A DNA stretch of 64,000 bases from Acidobacteriota bacterium (GCA_035471925.1 DATIPO010000206.1:28002-92001), one strand, 5' to 3'; counted from the stretch's first letter, positions 36,547 to 46,499 are shown. The notes: generated by a model from the sequence alone, not told the origin. Numbers and translations are program-made.

Positions 36547-36626
36547 ACCCAGGGTGGCGTCCCGCTCGCTACGCTCGCAGGACTGACCCTGGGCTAGTGG
36601 ATGGCTCGCCTACAGCGAGCCCGGAC
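36547..36626 (-). repeat. intergenic repeat element copy B (inverse orientation of 17884..17967)
   Basis: The reverse complement reads …gtccgggctcgctgtaggcgagccat ccactagcccagggtcag…ccaccctgggt. Compare copy A: …gtccgggctcgctgtaggcgagccat acgccagcccggggtcag…ccaccctgggt. Confidence 0.6.
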
Positions 36627-36820
36627 CTGCTGCCAACGCTGCCCTGCAGGCGCCGGCGACCGCTGCACCAGGACTAGCTGGCTATCACCGTGCCCGGACT
36701 TGCTGGCTCTGTCTGTGCCCGGACTCACTGGTTGTCACTGCGCCCGAATTCGCTGGCTACCGCTGAACCGGACTGGTGGTTATCGCTGCCCCCGGCCTTG
36801 GCTGGTTGTCGCTGGGGCCG
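36627..36820. repeat. array of ~7-8 degenerate ~24-nt tandem repeats (minus-strand unit approx AGYGRTAGCCAGCNAGTCCGGGCAC)
   Basis: Plus-strand units: ccggacttgctggctctgtctgtgc / ccggactcactggttgtcactgcgc / ccgaattcgctggctaccgctgaa / ccggactggtggttatcgctgccc / ccggccttggctggttgtcgctgggg … Abuts copy B; the final unit merges into the copy-B hairpin. Confidence 0.55.
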
Positions 36821-36824
36821 GATA

Positions 36825-38162
36825 TTAGGTGTAGCGGGCTCCCTGGTATTGGTCTTCGTAGAACTGGGGCAGCAACTGGTCGACCCGCAGCAGGCCCTTG
36901 GGGGTTAGCTGGATGACTTGGGGGGTAAAGTCGAGCATGCCGGCCTCGCGCAGCATTTCGAAGGCCGGACGGAAGCGTTCTACGATGTCAACGTCGAATT
37001 TGTCGTGGAAATAGTCGGTCTTGAGGCGGCCCAGCTTGAGCTGCAAAATCATCTCGCGGATCAATCGCTGATCTGCGGTGGTCTTGAAGGCCCGCTTCCA
37101 GGGAAGGTTTCCTTGGCCCAGCGCGCTTTGATAGTCGTCCCAACTGGCCGTATTCTGAATGTGGACGCCCGACATGTGGCCGAAAGCCGAAACTCCCGTC
37201 CCCATCATGTCGGCTCCTTGCCACACCGCGTCGCGGTAGACGAATGAGGCCTTTTGATCCTCCTTGAGCAGCGTGTAGGCGCTGGAGATCCGGTAGCCGT
37301 TGGAGGTCAGTTGTTCGATGGCGTACTGGTGCCAGGCCCGCTTGGTCTCCCAGTCGGCCACCTCGATCTCCTGTCCTTTGAGAATGTGCGAGGAGTAAGT
37401 GGTGTTGAAGGGCAGCTCCATTTGATAGATGGTGACGCTGTCCGGACTCAGATCGATGGCCTTTTGGACGGCTTCCTTCCAGGTCTCCCAGCTCTCGCCA
37501 ACCATTCCCGAGATGAGGTCGATGTTGACCTGAGCGAAGTCATTGTCCTGAATCCAGGGCCAGCAGCGGTAGATTTCTTCCGATTGGTGAGCACGTCCGT
37601 TTTCCTTGAGGATGTCGTCGTTGAAGTGCTCCACGCCCAGGCTGACGCGGGTCACGCCGATGTCCTTGATGGCTTCCACTTTGCTCTGGGTGAGGGTGCC
37701 GGGTTCACATTCGAAGGCCACTTCCTGGGCGCTGTCCCAGGGCAGGTGCTGCTTGATCCGCTCCACCGTTGCCCGCAGGTGCTTGGCGCTGATGTAGGAG
37801 GGCGTCCCCCCGCCGAAGTAGATGAACTTGAGGGGGCGTCCGCGTACCGCGGGCGTCTCGCTGTAGGTTTTGATCTCGCCCACCAAATTGTCGAGGTAGC
37901 CCTCGATGTCGCGGGCGTTTTTGTCGGTGTAAACCCTGAAATAGCAGAACTTGCATCGCCGGCGGCAGAAGGGGATGTGCATGTAGAGTCCCAGGTCAGC
38001 GCCGCTGCGGGGAGGCGATTCGAGCGCCTCGCGGGCGGCCTCAAGGTCCTCTTCGTTCCAGGCCGAGTAGGGCGGGTAGTTGGAGACGAAGACACTTCCG
38101 ACGTCGGTCTTTTTGGGCTCTAGCTTGCTGGTAGCCGGTTCGGGTTGGGCGGTACTGCTCAT
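36825..38162 (-). CDS. HemN-like oxygen-independent coproporphyrinogen III oxidase family radical SAM protein
   Basis: 445 aa. CxxxCxxC motif (FCRRRCKFCYF). HemN/HemW-like overall length and C-terminal domain. Confidence 0.75.
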   Translation of the reverse strand: MSSTAQPEPATSKLEPKKTDVGSVFVSNYPPYSAWNEEDLEAAREALESPPRSGADLGLYMHIPFCRRRCKFCYFRVYTDKNARDIEGYLDNLVGEIKTYSETPAVRGRPLKFIYFGGGTPSYISAKHLRATVERIKQHLPWDSAQEVAFECEPGTLTQSKVEAIKDIGVTRVSLGVEHFNDDILKENGRAHQSEEIYRCWPWIQDNDFAQVNIDLISGMVGESWETWKEAVQKAIDLSPDSVTIYQMELPFNTTYSSHILKGQEIEVADWETKRAWHQYAIEQLTSNGYRISSAYTLLKEDQKASFVYRDAVWQGADMMGTGVSAFGHMSGVHIQNTASWDDYQSALGQGNLPWKRAFKTTADQRLIREMILQLKLGRLKTDYFHDKFDVDIVERFRPAFEMLREAGMLDFTPQVIQLTPKGLLRVDQLLPQFYEDQYQGARYT

Positions 38163-38265
38163 GAAATCCTTTCAATGGCGCTTAGAAGCGATTTCGCCGA
38201 TGCCGGGGTCCCCGTCAGCGGGACTCTGGCAACGGCCTCGCGGGGGAACGGTCTCAGAAACGGCC

Positions 38266-39420
38266 TCATCGGCTTTCTCCGAAGCACAGCAAATCGCCGT
38301 CCAGGGTGCCGATCACCAAACGTCCCTGAGCGATGGCCGGCGAGGCGGTGAAACCCGATCCGCTGTCGAACTGCCAGGCCACCGAGCCGTCCTCCAGGTT
38401 GAGGGCAAAGACTTCTCCGCTGCCGGCCCCGAAGTAGACGTGTTGACCGGAGACGACGGGGGAAGATTCAACCCGGGCCCGGGTCCGGAACGTCCAGCGT
38501 CCTTCGCCGGTCTTGCGGTCGATGGCGTGCAGCATCTTGTCGCGTCCGCCGATCAACACCAGAGCGTCCGTCACCGCCGGCGAGGAGTAGTAGGGAAAGT
38601 CCCGTCGCGGGTGCTTGTAGGTCCAGGTCTCTTTGGGCTGAGCCGGATCGCTTAAGTCCAGTGACGTGACTTGAGCCTCGAAGTTCCCGAAGTAGGCATG
38701 CTGGTCGACGATGGCGGGCGAGGAGGCCACGTATCCAGCCAGTTCGTGGAGCGAGACCTGCTGGCCGTCGGAGATGCGCACCAGCCGGAAGGTGGCATCG
38801 CATCCGGCCACGGTGACGAACTCGCCCACGACGGCGGGCGTGGCGTGGACGTAACCCGCGGTTTCCAGCTTCCATACCAGGGAGCCGTCGGAGGCTTTGA
38901 CGCAATAGAGGTTGTTGTCGTAGGAGCCGAAGATCACCCATTCGCCGAAAAAGTTGGCCGAGGAGGTGACCGGTCCGTTGCTTTCAAAGATCCAGCGGGA
39001 TTTGCCGGTGGCGGCGTCCACGGCGTGGAAGTTGCCCAGTTCGTCGCCCACGTAGACCGTCCCGTCGCGGACAGCGGGAGAGGACTTGATCTCTTCCTCG
39101 GCGTTGTATTTCCACTGAAGCGTGCCGTCGGAGAGGTTGAGAGCGTAAAGGTGGCCGTCGAGTCCGCCCACGTAGACCGTCTCCCCGACAATGGCCGCGC
39201 TGGACTCGATGCCGATGGGAATCGTGAACTTCCACAGGGGTTGAAGCTGATCGGGGAGGGTGTCGGCAGCCAGTCCGCGTTGCTGGGCGCCGCCCCGCCA
39301 TTGACTCCAGTTGGAGCCGGAGTCGACCGAAGACAGCAGCGACGCCATGGCGATCAGCGCCAGCAGGGCCACTTGGCCGGGGCGTTTGAGGAATCGCGTG
39401 ATGGGCTCGATCATAGACAT
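38266..39420 (-). CDS. PQQ-repeat beta-propeller protein (BamB-like), secreted
   Basis: Signal peptide. Repeated LYALNLSDGTLQWKY / VYVGxxDGxLHAxD motifs characteristic of PQQ/WD-like 8-bladed propellers. Confidence 0.75.
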   Translation of the reverse strand: MSMIEPITRFLKRPGQVALLALIAMASLLSSVDSGSNWSQWRGGAQQRGLAADTLPDQLQPLWKFTIPIGIESSAAIVGETVYVGGLDGHLYALNLSDGTLQWKYNAEEEIKSSPAVRDGTVYVGDELGNFHAVDAATGKSRWIFESNGPVTSSANFFGEWVIFGSYDNNLYCVKASDGSLVWKLETAGYVHATPAVVGEFVTVAGCDATFRLVRISDGQQVSLHELAGYVASSPAIVDQHAYFGNFEAQVTSLDLSDPAQPKETWTYKHPRRDFPYYSSPAVTDALVLIGGRDKMLHAIDRKTGEGRWTFRTRARVESSPVVSGQHVYFGAGSGEVFALNLEDGSVAWQFDSGSGFTASPAIAQGRLVIGTLDGDLLCFGESR

Positions 39421-39542
39421 TCCCCTCGTTCATTCAATGATGCGTAAGAGGTGTAAGTGTTTCTAATCAAAGGCTTTTGTCCTGTTTGCCGTTGTCGGCA
39501 CGGTGCTTTGAACACCGCCGTTGAGGGGAACGGCGGGCCGGG

Positions 39543-40691
39543 TTAGAAGGCGCTTTCGTAGAGCCGGATGGCGTCCTCGCGGCTGAGTTCCCGGGGGTTG
39601 AATGTCCCCGTCCACTGGCGCAGGGCATCCTCGGCCAGACGCGGGAGCGACTGACGCTCGACGTTGAGTTCGCGCAGACGCGAGGGCATGCGGGCCATGG
39701 TCCGCAGGGCGGTCAGCCGGTCGCTGAGGGTTTCGGCGCTGGACTCGGGTCCGCCGTTGGGGGTCCCGGCGGCGGTCAGCAGTTCGTGGTAGCCGTCGCC
39801 CACAACCGAGCCGTTGTAGCGTACGACGTGGGGCAGCATCAGCGCCACGGCCACGCCGTGAGTGACGTCGAAGTGTGCGGTCAGCGGATTGGCGCAGGCA
39901 TGAGCGGCTCCCAGCATGGAATTCTCGATGGCGGCTCCTGCCCAGTGGGCGCCCAGCAGCATGCGTCCGCGAGCTTCGAAGTCTTGGGGATCGCTCAGCG
40001 AGCGCGCGAAATAGCTCTCCAGCAGCCGCCAGGCTTCGCGCGCGAAGAGCTGCGAAACATGGTTGCTCTTGGAGCAGACATAGCTCTCGACGGCGTGGGA
40101 TATGGCATCCATGGCCGTCATCGCGGCTACATCCAGCGGCATGGAAGCGGTCAGGGCGGGGTCCAAAATGACGGCCCGGAAGCGAGCCTTCTTATCGCCG
40201 CAAGCCATTTTGACATGGGTATCGGGCTGGGAGATCAAGGCGAAAGATTGAGCTTCGCTGCCCGTGCCGGCGGTCGTGGGGACGCCGATGGACGGCAGCA
40301 TGGGCTTTTCAGCCTTGTTCACACCCCAGTAGTCCTCCATCCGTCCGCCGTTGGTGAGCAGGAAGTTGACGCCCTTGGCGGCATCCATGGAACTGCCTCC
40401 GCCCAAGCCCACGATGAAGTCGATTTGTCGATCCTGGCGCGCCGCCTCGCATCCGCGCTCAACCACTTGGGTGGTGGGATTTTCCTCCACCCCATCGAAG
40501 AGGACGCATTCCAAGCCGGCTTTCTTGAGGGAATCGCGGGCCCTTTCAACGTGTCCGGCTCGCACGATGCCCGGATCGGTGACCAGCAGGACGCGGCTGG
40601 CGCCCAGTCCTGAACTCAACTCTCCCAACCGGTCTATTGCATGTTCTCCGAAGACCACTCGGGTCGTCGGGTCGTAATCGAATTCGCGCAT
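39543..40691 (-). CDS. iron-containing alcohol dehydrogenase
   Basis: The ORF track gives 39543..42035 (830 aa). Only the C-terminal 382 aa from MREFDYDPTT… is Fe-ADH (GGGSSMDAAK; His cluster HAGAAIENSMLGAAHACANPLTAHFDVTHG). The N-terminal 448 aa is antisense read-through of the luxE-like gene. Confidence 0.8.
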   Translation of the reverse strand: MREFDYDPTTRVVFGEHAIDRLGELSSGLGASRVLLVTDPGIVRAGHVERARDSLKKAGLECVLFDGVEENPTTQVVERGCEAARQDRQIDFIVGLGGGSSMDAAKGVNFLLTNGGRMEDYWGVNKAEKPMLPSIGVPTTAGTGSEAQSFALISQPDTHVKMACGDKKARFRAVILDPALTASMPLDVAAMTAMDAISHAVESYVCSKSNHVSQLFAREAWRLLESYFARSLSDPQDFEARGRMLLGAHWAGAAIENSMLGAAHACANPLTAHFDVTHGVAVALMLPHVVRYNGSVVGDGYHELLTAAGTPNGGPESSAETLSDRLTALRTMARMPSRLRELNVERQSLPRLAEDALRQWTGTFNPRELSREDAIRLYESAF

Positions 40692-40853
40692 AGGAGTCCC
40701 GCATCCAAACGACAGCTCAATCAGTATATACGCAGAATTGCGCCGGAAGTTTCCCGGCTGGATCAGAAGTCCTCGGCAACTGCCGGTTGCGGTTGACCGC
40801 TCTTCCGAGGGCGTTCTACAATCCCTCACACCTCTGGAGGACGGAACAAGGAC

Positions 40854-41963
40854 ATGTCGACTGACACGATCAGCAAAGAATTGGAAAGCAAAGTTCAAGC
40901 GGCCCGGCACAAACTCGACCGGCACGTCCGCGCCATGGTGGAGTGGCATTTCAATCCGGGGACCGGCTGCCCCTTCTGGCTGAAGTGGGCTGAGAAGGCC
41001 GACTGGGATCCGCGCAGCGAGGTGCACAGCTTCGGAGATCTCAACAAGTTCGGCGACTTTGAGGACGAATGGCTGCGGGGCGGGCCGGTAGAGCGCTGGA
41101 TCCCCAAGGCCTATCGGGGACGCCCCACTTACGTTTTCGAAACCGGCGGCACTACTGGCATCCCCAAGTCGCGGGTCAATATCGAAGACTTCCGCATCGA
41201 TTACGAGATGTTTTCCGAGACGCTGCCCGACGAGCACTTTCCCAAGGGCTCCAACTGGCTCATGCTGGGACCTTCGGGGCCGCGCCGATTGCGGTTGGCA
41301 GTCGAACATCTGTGCCAGCACCGGGGCGGCATCTGTTTCTGCGTCGACCTTGACCCGCGGTGGGTCATCAAACTCATCAAGAAGGGCTGGAACGAACACC
41401 TCAAGGCCTATCAGGACCACGTCATCGATCAGGCCGTCACGATCCTCTCGGCCAATCACGACATCAGGGGACTCTTCACCACTCCCAAGCTGCTGGAAGC
41501 GCTGGCCATGCGGCTGGAAGACGAGGGGTCGAGCATCAAGGGGTCGGGCATCACCGGCATCTTCTCGGGAGGTACCGAATTCACTCCCCAGTGGTACCGC
41601 TTCGCTTGTGAGGAGCTGCTGGACGGCGTCTACATGACCCCCACTTACGGCAACACCCTCATGGGGCTGGCCGCCTCCAAGCCCTTTGATCCGGCCGACA
41701 ACTACAAGATCACCTACCACGCGCCCCAGCCCAGAGCCGTGCTGCGGGTGGTCGATTTGGACGATCACGACCAAGCGGTGGGCTACGGCGAAACCGGACG
41801 GGTGGCGCTCACCACTCTGACTAAGGAATTCTTCATGCCTCGCTTTCTGGAGCGCGACGAAGGCGAGAGGGAGCCGCCCTGCGAGGCCTATCCCTGGGAC
41901 GGCGTCAGCGGCGTCCGTCCTTTCCGCGGGTTCGCTTCCAAAACCACGGTGGGTGTCTACTGA
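40854..41963 (+). CDS. LuxE-like acyl-protein synthetase / PaaK-superfamily adenylating enzyme
   Basis: 369 aa. Adenylation P-loop-like FETGGTTGIPK. The size and the adjacent LuxC-like reductase suggest a LuxE-type acyl-protein synthetase. Confidence 0.55.
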   Translation: MSTDTISKELESKVQAARHKLDRHVRAMVEWHFNPGTGCPFWLKWAEKADWDPRSEVHSFGDLNKFGDFEDEWLRGGPVERWIPKAYRGRPTYVFETGGTTGIPKSRVNIEDFRIDYEMFSETLPDEHFPKGSNWLMLGPSGPRRLRLAVEHLCQHRGGICFCVDLDPRWVIKLIKKGWNEHLKAYQDHVIDQAVTILSANHDIRGLFTTPKLLEALAMRLEDEGSSIKGSGITGIFSGGTEFTPQWYRFACEELLDGVYMTPTYGNTLMGLAASKPFDPADNYKITYHAPQPRAVLRVVDLDDHDQAVGYGETGRVALTTLTKEFFMPRFLERDEGEREPPCEAYPWDGVSGVRPFRGFASKTTVGVY

Positions 41964-42097
41964 GCGTCTTCCACGGGAACCGCAGCGTCCTATTTGCGTA
42001 TTGACTGTCAAAGAAGCTGGGGAGGGCGAATCCACAGGGCCGCCGCTGCGGCCGCCTCCCCGAGGGACTTGACCCGCTCTGGAAAGGAGCCGTCACC

Positions 42098-43522
42098 GTG
42101 ATTCATTTTCCGATACTACGTTGGGGAAAACCGTACAAGAGCCTGGAAATCGACAAGGTGGTCCACTTCGCCACCGGTGAGCCCTTGGCCGAGGTTTCCC
42201 AGGCTAACGCCGGACTCATCAAGCGCGACATGCGCAAGGCCGGTCAGGCCCGTGAGGCGCTGCGCCAGATTCCCCACAGAGAACTGCTCTCGATGGTCAA
42301 GAAGGCCGCCGACGCCTTCATGGAAGATGCACTGCCGGCGGGCGAAGGCGGAACACAAACGCCCCAGGAATTTGTCAAATATCAGTCGGCCACCACGGGA
42401 CTGCCTGAGCACATGTGCCGCGCCAACATGGAAAAGCTGCACCACGTGCTCACTCATCTGGATGAGATCCTGGGCTCCCTGACGCGGGGGCTGGATCCTG
42501 AAATCTTCAGCCGCGGATACGGAGAGGAAGACGGCGTCATGCGCTCCTACCAGGCCACCACGCCGGTCTTGAGCATGGTGCTGCCCTCCAACTCGCCGGG
42601 CGTGCACGGGCTGTGGCTGCCCGTGATTCCCCTGCAAATCGGACTGGTCTTCAAGCCCGGGCCCCAAGAGCCCTGGACGCCCTACCGCATGAGCGAAGCC
42701 TTCTTTCAGGCCGGCGTGCCCAGGGAGGCCATCTCACTTTATCCAGGAGGGGCCGACGTGGGAGCGGCCGTGCTCCAGAACAGTCCCCGCTGCCTGATCT
42801 TCGGCGGCAAGCCCACCGTCGATCAGTACCGGGGCGATCCCAACGTGCAAGTCCACGGACCGGGCTTCAGCAAGATCCTCTTGGGCGAAGACCAGATCGA
42901 CCGTTGGGAAGAGCATCTCGACCTGATGGCCGACAGCGTCCTGGTCAACTCGGGACGCAGTTGTATTTCCTGCTCCGGCATCTGGGCGCCCCGCCACGGA
43001 CGGGAGATCGCCGAAGCGCTGGCCGAGCGCCTGGCCCCGGTGGCGCCCAAGGACCCCACCGATCCCGAAGCCAAGCTGGCCGCCTTTACCGTGGTGGAGC
43101 AGGCTGAGGCCGTTCACGAGATGATCGAGCAGCAACTTGAGGAAGCCGGCGTCGAGGAAGTCAGCGCCAAGTACCGGGAAGGCGGGCGGCTGGTCAAGCA
43201 AGAGCGCTGCGCCTACCTGCGTCCCACCGTGCTGCACTGCTCGTCTCCTGAACCCGAGCTGGCCAACACGGAGTTCATGTTTCCCTTCGTCAGCGTGGTG
43301 GAATGTCCGCAGGACAAGATGTTGGCCCAGATCGGAGAGACGCTGGTGGGGACCGCCATCACCGAAGACCAGGAGTGGCGGCGCCAACTGCTGGACTGCA
43401 CCCACATCGACCGGCTGAACCTGGGGCCCATCCCCACCATCAAGCTCAACTGGCTGCAGCCTCACGAAGGCAACTTGGTCGACTTCCTCTTCCGCAACCG
43501 CGCCTTCCAAATCGCGGGCTGA
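42098..43522 (+). CDS. LuxC-like acyl-CoA reductase (aldehyde dehydrogenase superfamily)
   Basis: 474 aa ALDH-fold protein. Putative catalytic Cys region NSGRSCISCSGIW. Overall similarity pattern to the LuxC family rather than canonical NAD-ALDH (no EL/GGKxP pair). Confidence 0.6.
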   Translation: MIHFPILRWGKPYKSLEIDKVVHFATGEPLAEVSQANAGLIKRDMRKAGQAREALRQIPHRELLSMVKKAADAFMEDALPAGEGGTQTPQEFVKYQSATTGLPEHMCRANMEKLHHVLTHLDEILGSLTRGLDPEIFSRGYGEEDGVMRSYQATTPVLSMVLPSNSPGVHGLWLPVIPLQIGLVFKPGPQEPWTPYRMSEAFFQAGVPREAISLYPGGADVGAAVLQNSPRCLIFGGKPTVDQYRGDPNVQVHGPGFSKILLGEDQIDRWEEHLDLMADSVLVNSGRSCISCSGIWAPRHGREIAEALAERLAPVAPKDPTDPEAKLAAFTVVEQAEAVHEMIEQQLEEAGVEEVSAKYREGGRLVKQERCAYLRPTVLHCSSPEPELANTEFMFPFVSVVECPQDKMLAQIGETLVGTAITEDQEWRRQLLDCTHIDRLNLGPIPTIKLNWLQPHEGNLVDFLFRNRAFQIAG

Positions 43523-43661
43523 AGCCAGACGTCAAAGACCAAGTTCCAATAGGCCAACTCCCAAGCTCAACCCCAGCGTGTGTTAGGGGCTGAAACTTGG
43601 GAGCGGCAGTTGGCAATTGGAAGTTGGAGGCTGGTCCTTGGGGGTTGGCCCCCGACGGGCC

Positions 43662-44237
43662 TTATTGCTTTTCGATCACCGCGCAGGCCAGGCGGGCGCC
43701 GGCGTCGCCGGTGGGCTGGCTGGTGAAGTCGTCTTCGCCGGCGTGGACGATCAGTCCGCGGCCCAGGATCGAATTCTCAGCCCCATCTTCAAGCGACAGA
43801 AAATCGAAGGTCATGTCCAGGTCGGCCACGCCCTCGGCATTGGCCGTGATATTGCCCAAGTCTCCAACGTGGTGCTCGGCACTGTCCGGTCCGCCATGGG
43901 CAGTATCGAAAGGATTGAAGTGGCCCCCGGCACTGGTGCCGTCCGGCGCGCTGCAGTCGCCGTTCTGATGGACATGGAATCCATGCACCGAGTCGGCTTC
44001 CAGGCCTGTGACTTGTCCGGTGATATGGACCCCGCCATCGGTCTCTTCAAAGCTGACGGTCCCGGAAACCTCATTGCCCTCGGTCGGTTGCAGTTGGGCC
44101 ATGGCGGTGACCGGTTGCTGGTCGGCAGGAGCCTCTTCGGCTGCCGGTTCGGCTTCTTCGGCAGGCGCTTCGGCTCCACCGCCGCAGGCGGCCAGCAGAA
44201 GCACCAAGATGCTCAATATCGAAAGTTTGCGTAACAT
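43662..44237 (-). CDS. sodC: Cu/Zn superoxide dismutase (lipoprotein)
   Basis: ORF 43662..44504. Start at MLRKLSILSILVLLLAACGG (lipobox). Cu/Zn ligands GFHVHQNGDC…GGHFNP…HHVGDLGN; C-terminal GxRLACAVI. Confidence 0.85.
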   Translation of the reverse strand: MLRKLSILSILVLLLAACGGGAEAPAEEAEPAAEEAPADQQPVTAMAQLQPTEGNEVSGTVSFEETDGGVHITGQVTGLEADSVHGFHVHQNGDCSAPDGTSAGGHFNPFDTAHGGPDSAEHHVGDLGNITANAEGVADLDMTFDFLSLEDGAENSILGRGLIVHAGEDDFTSQPTGDAGARLACAVIEKQ

Positions 44238-44421
44238 TCTGGCTTCTCCTCTAAGAAGATCTGAATTCAAAAGTCCTGTGGAATCACCATTATAGGAAGA
44301 TTTTCCCTTCCTCTGCAAAGCCGTAGGGTCGGCCTGCCCGGGTTCACGCCGGCAAAACCGAGCTTTCAAACTTCTCGGTCGTCCGCCATGCGCAATCGAA
44401 CTTCTGAATTGCCGAGCCGGG

Positions 44422-45390
44422 TTATTGCCCGCCGCCCCCGCGGAACAGGGGAGAAGACAGGTAGCGGTCGCCGCGGTCGCAAAGGATGACGACCACCACG
44501 CCATGGTCGAGCTGACCGCACACCTCCAGAGCGGCGTGGACGGCGCCGCCCGAACTCATGCCGGCGAAGATTCCTTCTTCGCGCGCCAGGCGCCGGGCCG
44601 TTGTGTTGGCGTCCTCTTCGCTGACGTAGAGCATGCGGTCGACCCGCTCAGGTTGATGAATCTTGGGAACATAGGGCTCTTCCCACTTGCGGATTCCAGG
44701 GATGGCGGCTCCTTCGCAGGGGTGCACTCCGCAAATCTCGATGTCGGGATTCTTCTCTTTGAGATAGCGCGACGTACCCATGATGGTCCCCGTGGTGCCC
44801 ATGGATGAAACGAAATGGGTGATCTTGTGTTGGGTGTCGCGCCACACCTCGGGTCCGGTACTTTCGTAATGGGCCTGGGGATTGTCGGGGTTGGCAAACT
44901 GGTTCAGCATCAGATAGCCGCCTTGCTCGACTTTTTCCTGGGCCAAGTCGATGGCTCCCATCATCGAGTCTTCAGCGGGGGTCAGCACGACCCGGGCACC
45001 CAGCGCCCGCATGGTGTCAACCCGCTCGGCCGTCGAATCCTCGGGCATGACGAGCTCGATTTCGTAGCCCAGGGTGGCGGCGATCATGGCCAGCGCGATG
45101 CCGGTGTTTCCACTGGTGGGTTCGATGAGTTTGACGCCGGGTTTGAGCTGCCCGCGCTTCTCGGCGCCTCTGATCATCCACAAAGCCGCCCGGTCTTTGA
45201 CGCTGCCCCCGGGGTTGTCGCCCTCCAGCTTGCCCAGGAGCTGGACCCCCGGCTTGCGACACAGGCGGCCCAACTGCACCAGTGGGGTGTTGCCGACCAA
45301 GTCGGCCAGTTGAGGGGGAGGGGAGACCAGACGCGGATCGTCCGCGGACCGGCTTCCCTGACGCTCTTCCGCCATTTTTGCCAAGGACAT
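44422..45390 (-). CDS. cysK: cysteine synthase (CysK/CysM family)
   Basis: ATG at 45390 with an AAAGG RBS (the ORF-track start is a TTG at 45414). PLP-lysine motif GGSVKDRAALWMI; GNTGIALAMIAA; SSGGAV. Confidence 0.85.
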   Translation of the reverse strand: MSLAKMAEERQGSRSADDPRLVSPPPQLADLVGNTPLVQLGRLCRKPGVQLLGKLEGDNPGGSVKDRAALWMIRGAEKRGQLKPGVKLIEPTSGNTGIALAMIAATLGYEIELVMPEDSTAERVDTMRALGARVVLTPAEDSMMGAIDLAQEKVEQGGYLMLNQFANPDNPQAHYESTGPEVWRDTQHKITHFVSSMGTTGTIMGTSRYLKEKNPDIEICGVHPCEGAAIPGIRKWEEPYVPKIHQPERVDRMLYVSEEDANTTARRLAREEGIFAGMSSGGAVHAALEVCGQLDHGVVVVILCDRGDRYLSSPLFRGGGGQ

Positions 45391-45502
45391 TGTATACCTT
45401 TCGATAGTGGTCAAGAACCTCTAGTATATCAAAGCGGCAGAGTCAGCCAGCGGGAGGGAGAGCCGGTCGCCTGCCGGTTCCGGTGCTTTCTCGCGATGGG
45501 TT

Positions 45503-46492
45503 ATGATGAGCTGCATGCTGGGTTCCTATGAAGAATTGCCGATCACCTTCGACGATGTGCGTGAGGCGGCACGCCGTCTCAAGGGGATAGCTCATCGGAC
45601 TCCCGTGATGACCTCCCGCATCTTCGACGGCTTTTGCGGCTACCAGGTGTTTTTCAAATGCGAGAACTTGCAGAGGGGAGGCGCCTTCAAGTTTCGGGGA
45701 GCCTACAACACGCTTGCCCAGTTAAGTTCCGAGAAGAAGAAAGCCGGCGTGGTGGCCTACTCGTCCGGCAATCACGCCCAGGGAGTGGCCTATGCCGCCC
45801 GGCTGCTCGGCATTCCCGCCACTATCGTCATGCCCACCGACGCCCCCAAGAGCAAGCTCCACGCCACTGAGGAGTACGGTGCCGAGATCCGCTTCTATGA
45901 CCGGCAGCGCGACGACCGGGCCCAGATGGCGGCTGAATTGGCTGAAGAACGAGGTGCAGCCCTCGTCCCTCCCTTCGATCATCCGCATATCATGGCGGGG
46001 CAGGGGACAGCCGGGCTGGAACTCCTGGAAGAAGTTCCCGACCTGGACGTGATGGTGACGCCGATCGGCGGGGGCGGACTGCTCAGCGGCTGCGCTACGG
46101 CCGCCAAAGGTCTGCGCCCCGACATCCGCATCTGCGGAGTGGAGACGGCGGCCAGCAACGACTGGTGGCAATCAGTCCGAGCTGGCCGACGGATCGAGAT
46201 TGCGCCGCCCGAGACCATCGCCGACGGCATGCGCACCACCAAACCCGGCAAGCTGACCTTCGCCGTCCGCCACCTCATCGAGGACGTCCTCCTGGTCGGC
46301 GAGGACGAGGTCGTGGAAACTCTGCGCATCCTGCTGACGCGCATGAAGATCCTGGCCGAGCCGACGGGCGCCGTGGCTCCCGCCGCCGTGCTGCACAAGC
46401 GGGTGGGCGATGAGGGCCTCAAAGTCGGCGTGATCATTTCAGGAGGCAACATCGATCCGCCCACCCTGTGCCAACTTCTCTTTCCGAGCTGA
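45503..46492 (+). CDS. PLP-dependent threonine/serine dehydratase-like (threonine ammonia-lyase family, no regulatory ACT domain)
   Basis: 329 aa. PLP-lysine region ENLQRGGAFKFRGAYN; SSGNHAQGVAYAARLLG; glycine loop PIGGGGLLSG. Confidence 0.8.
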   Translation: MMSCMLGSYEELPITFDDVREAARRLKGIAHRTPVMTSRIFDGFCGYQVFFKCENLQRGGAFKFRGAYNTLAQLSSEKKKAGVVAYSSGNHAQGVAYAARLLGIPATIVMPTDAPKSKLHATEEYGAEIRFYDRQRDDRAQMAAELAEERGAALVPPFDHPHIMAGQGTAGLELLEEVPDLDVMVTPIGGGGLLSGCATAAKGLRPDIRICGVETAASNDWWQSVRAGRRIEIAPPETIADGMRTTKPGKLTFAVRHLIEDVLLVGEDEVVETLRILLTRMKILAEPTGAVAPAAVLHKRVGDEGLKVGVIISGGNIDPPTLCQLLFPS

Positions 46493-46499
46493 ACGAGGC

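Noticed and set aside
40692-42035. N-terminal 448 aa of the 830-aa ORF 39543..42035
   Set aside because: Only the C-terminal 382 aa (from MREFDYD…) is Fe-ADH. The upstream part is antisense to the luxE-like gene 40854..41963 and has a spurious low-complexity composition.
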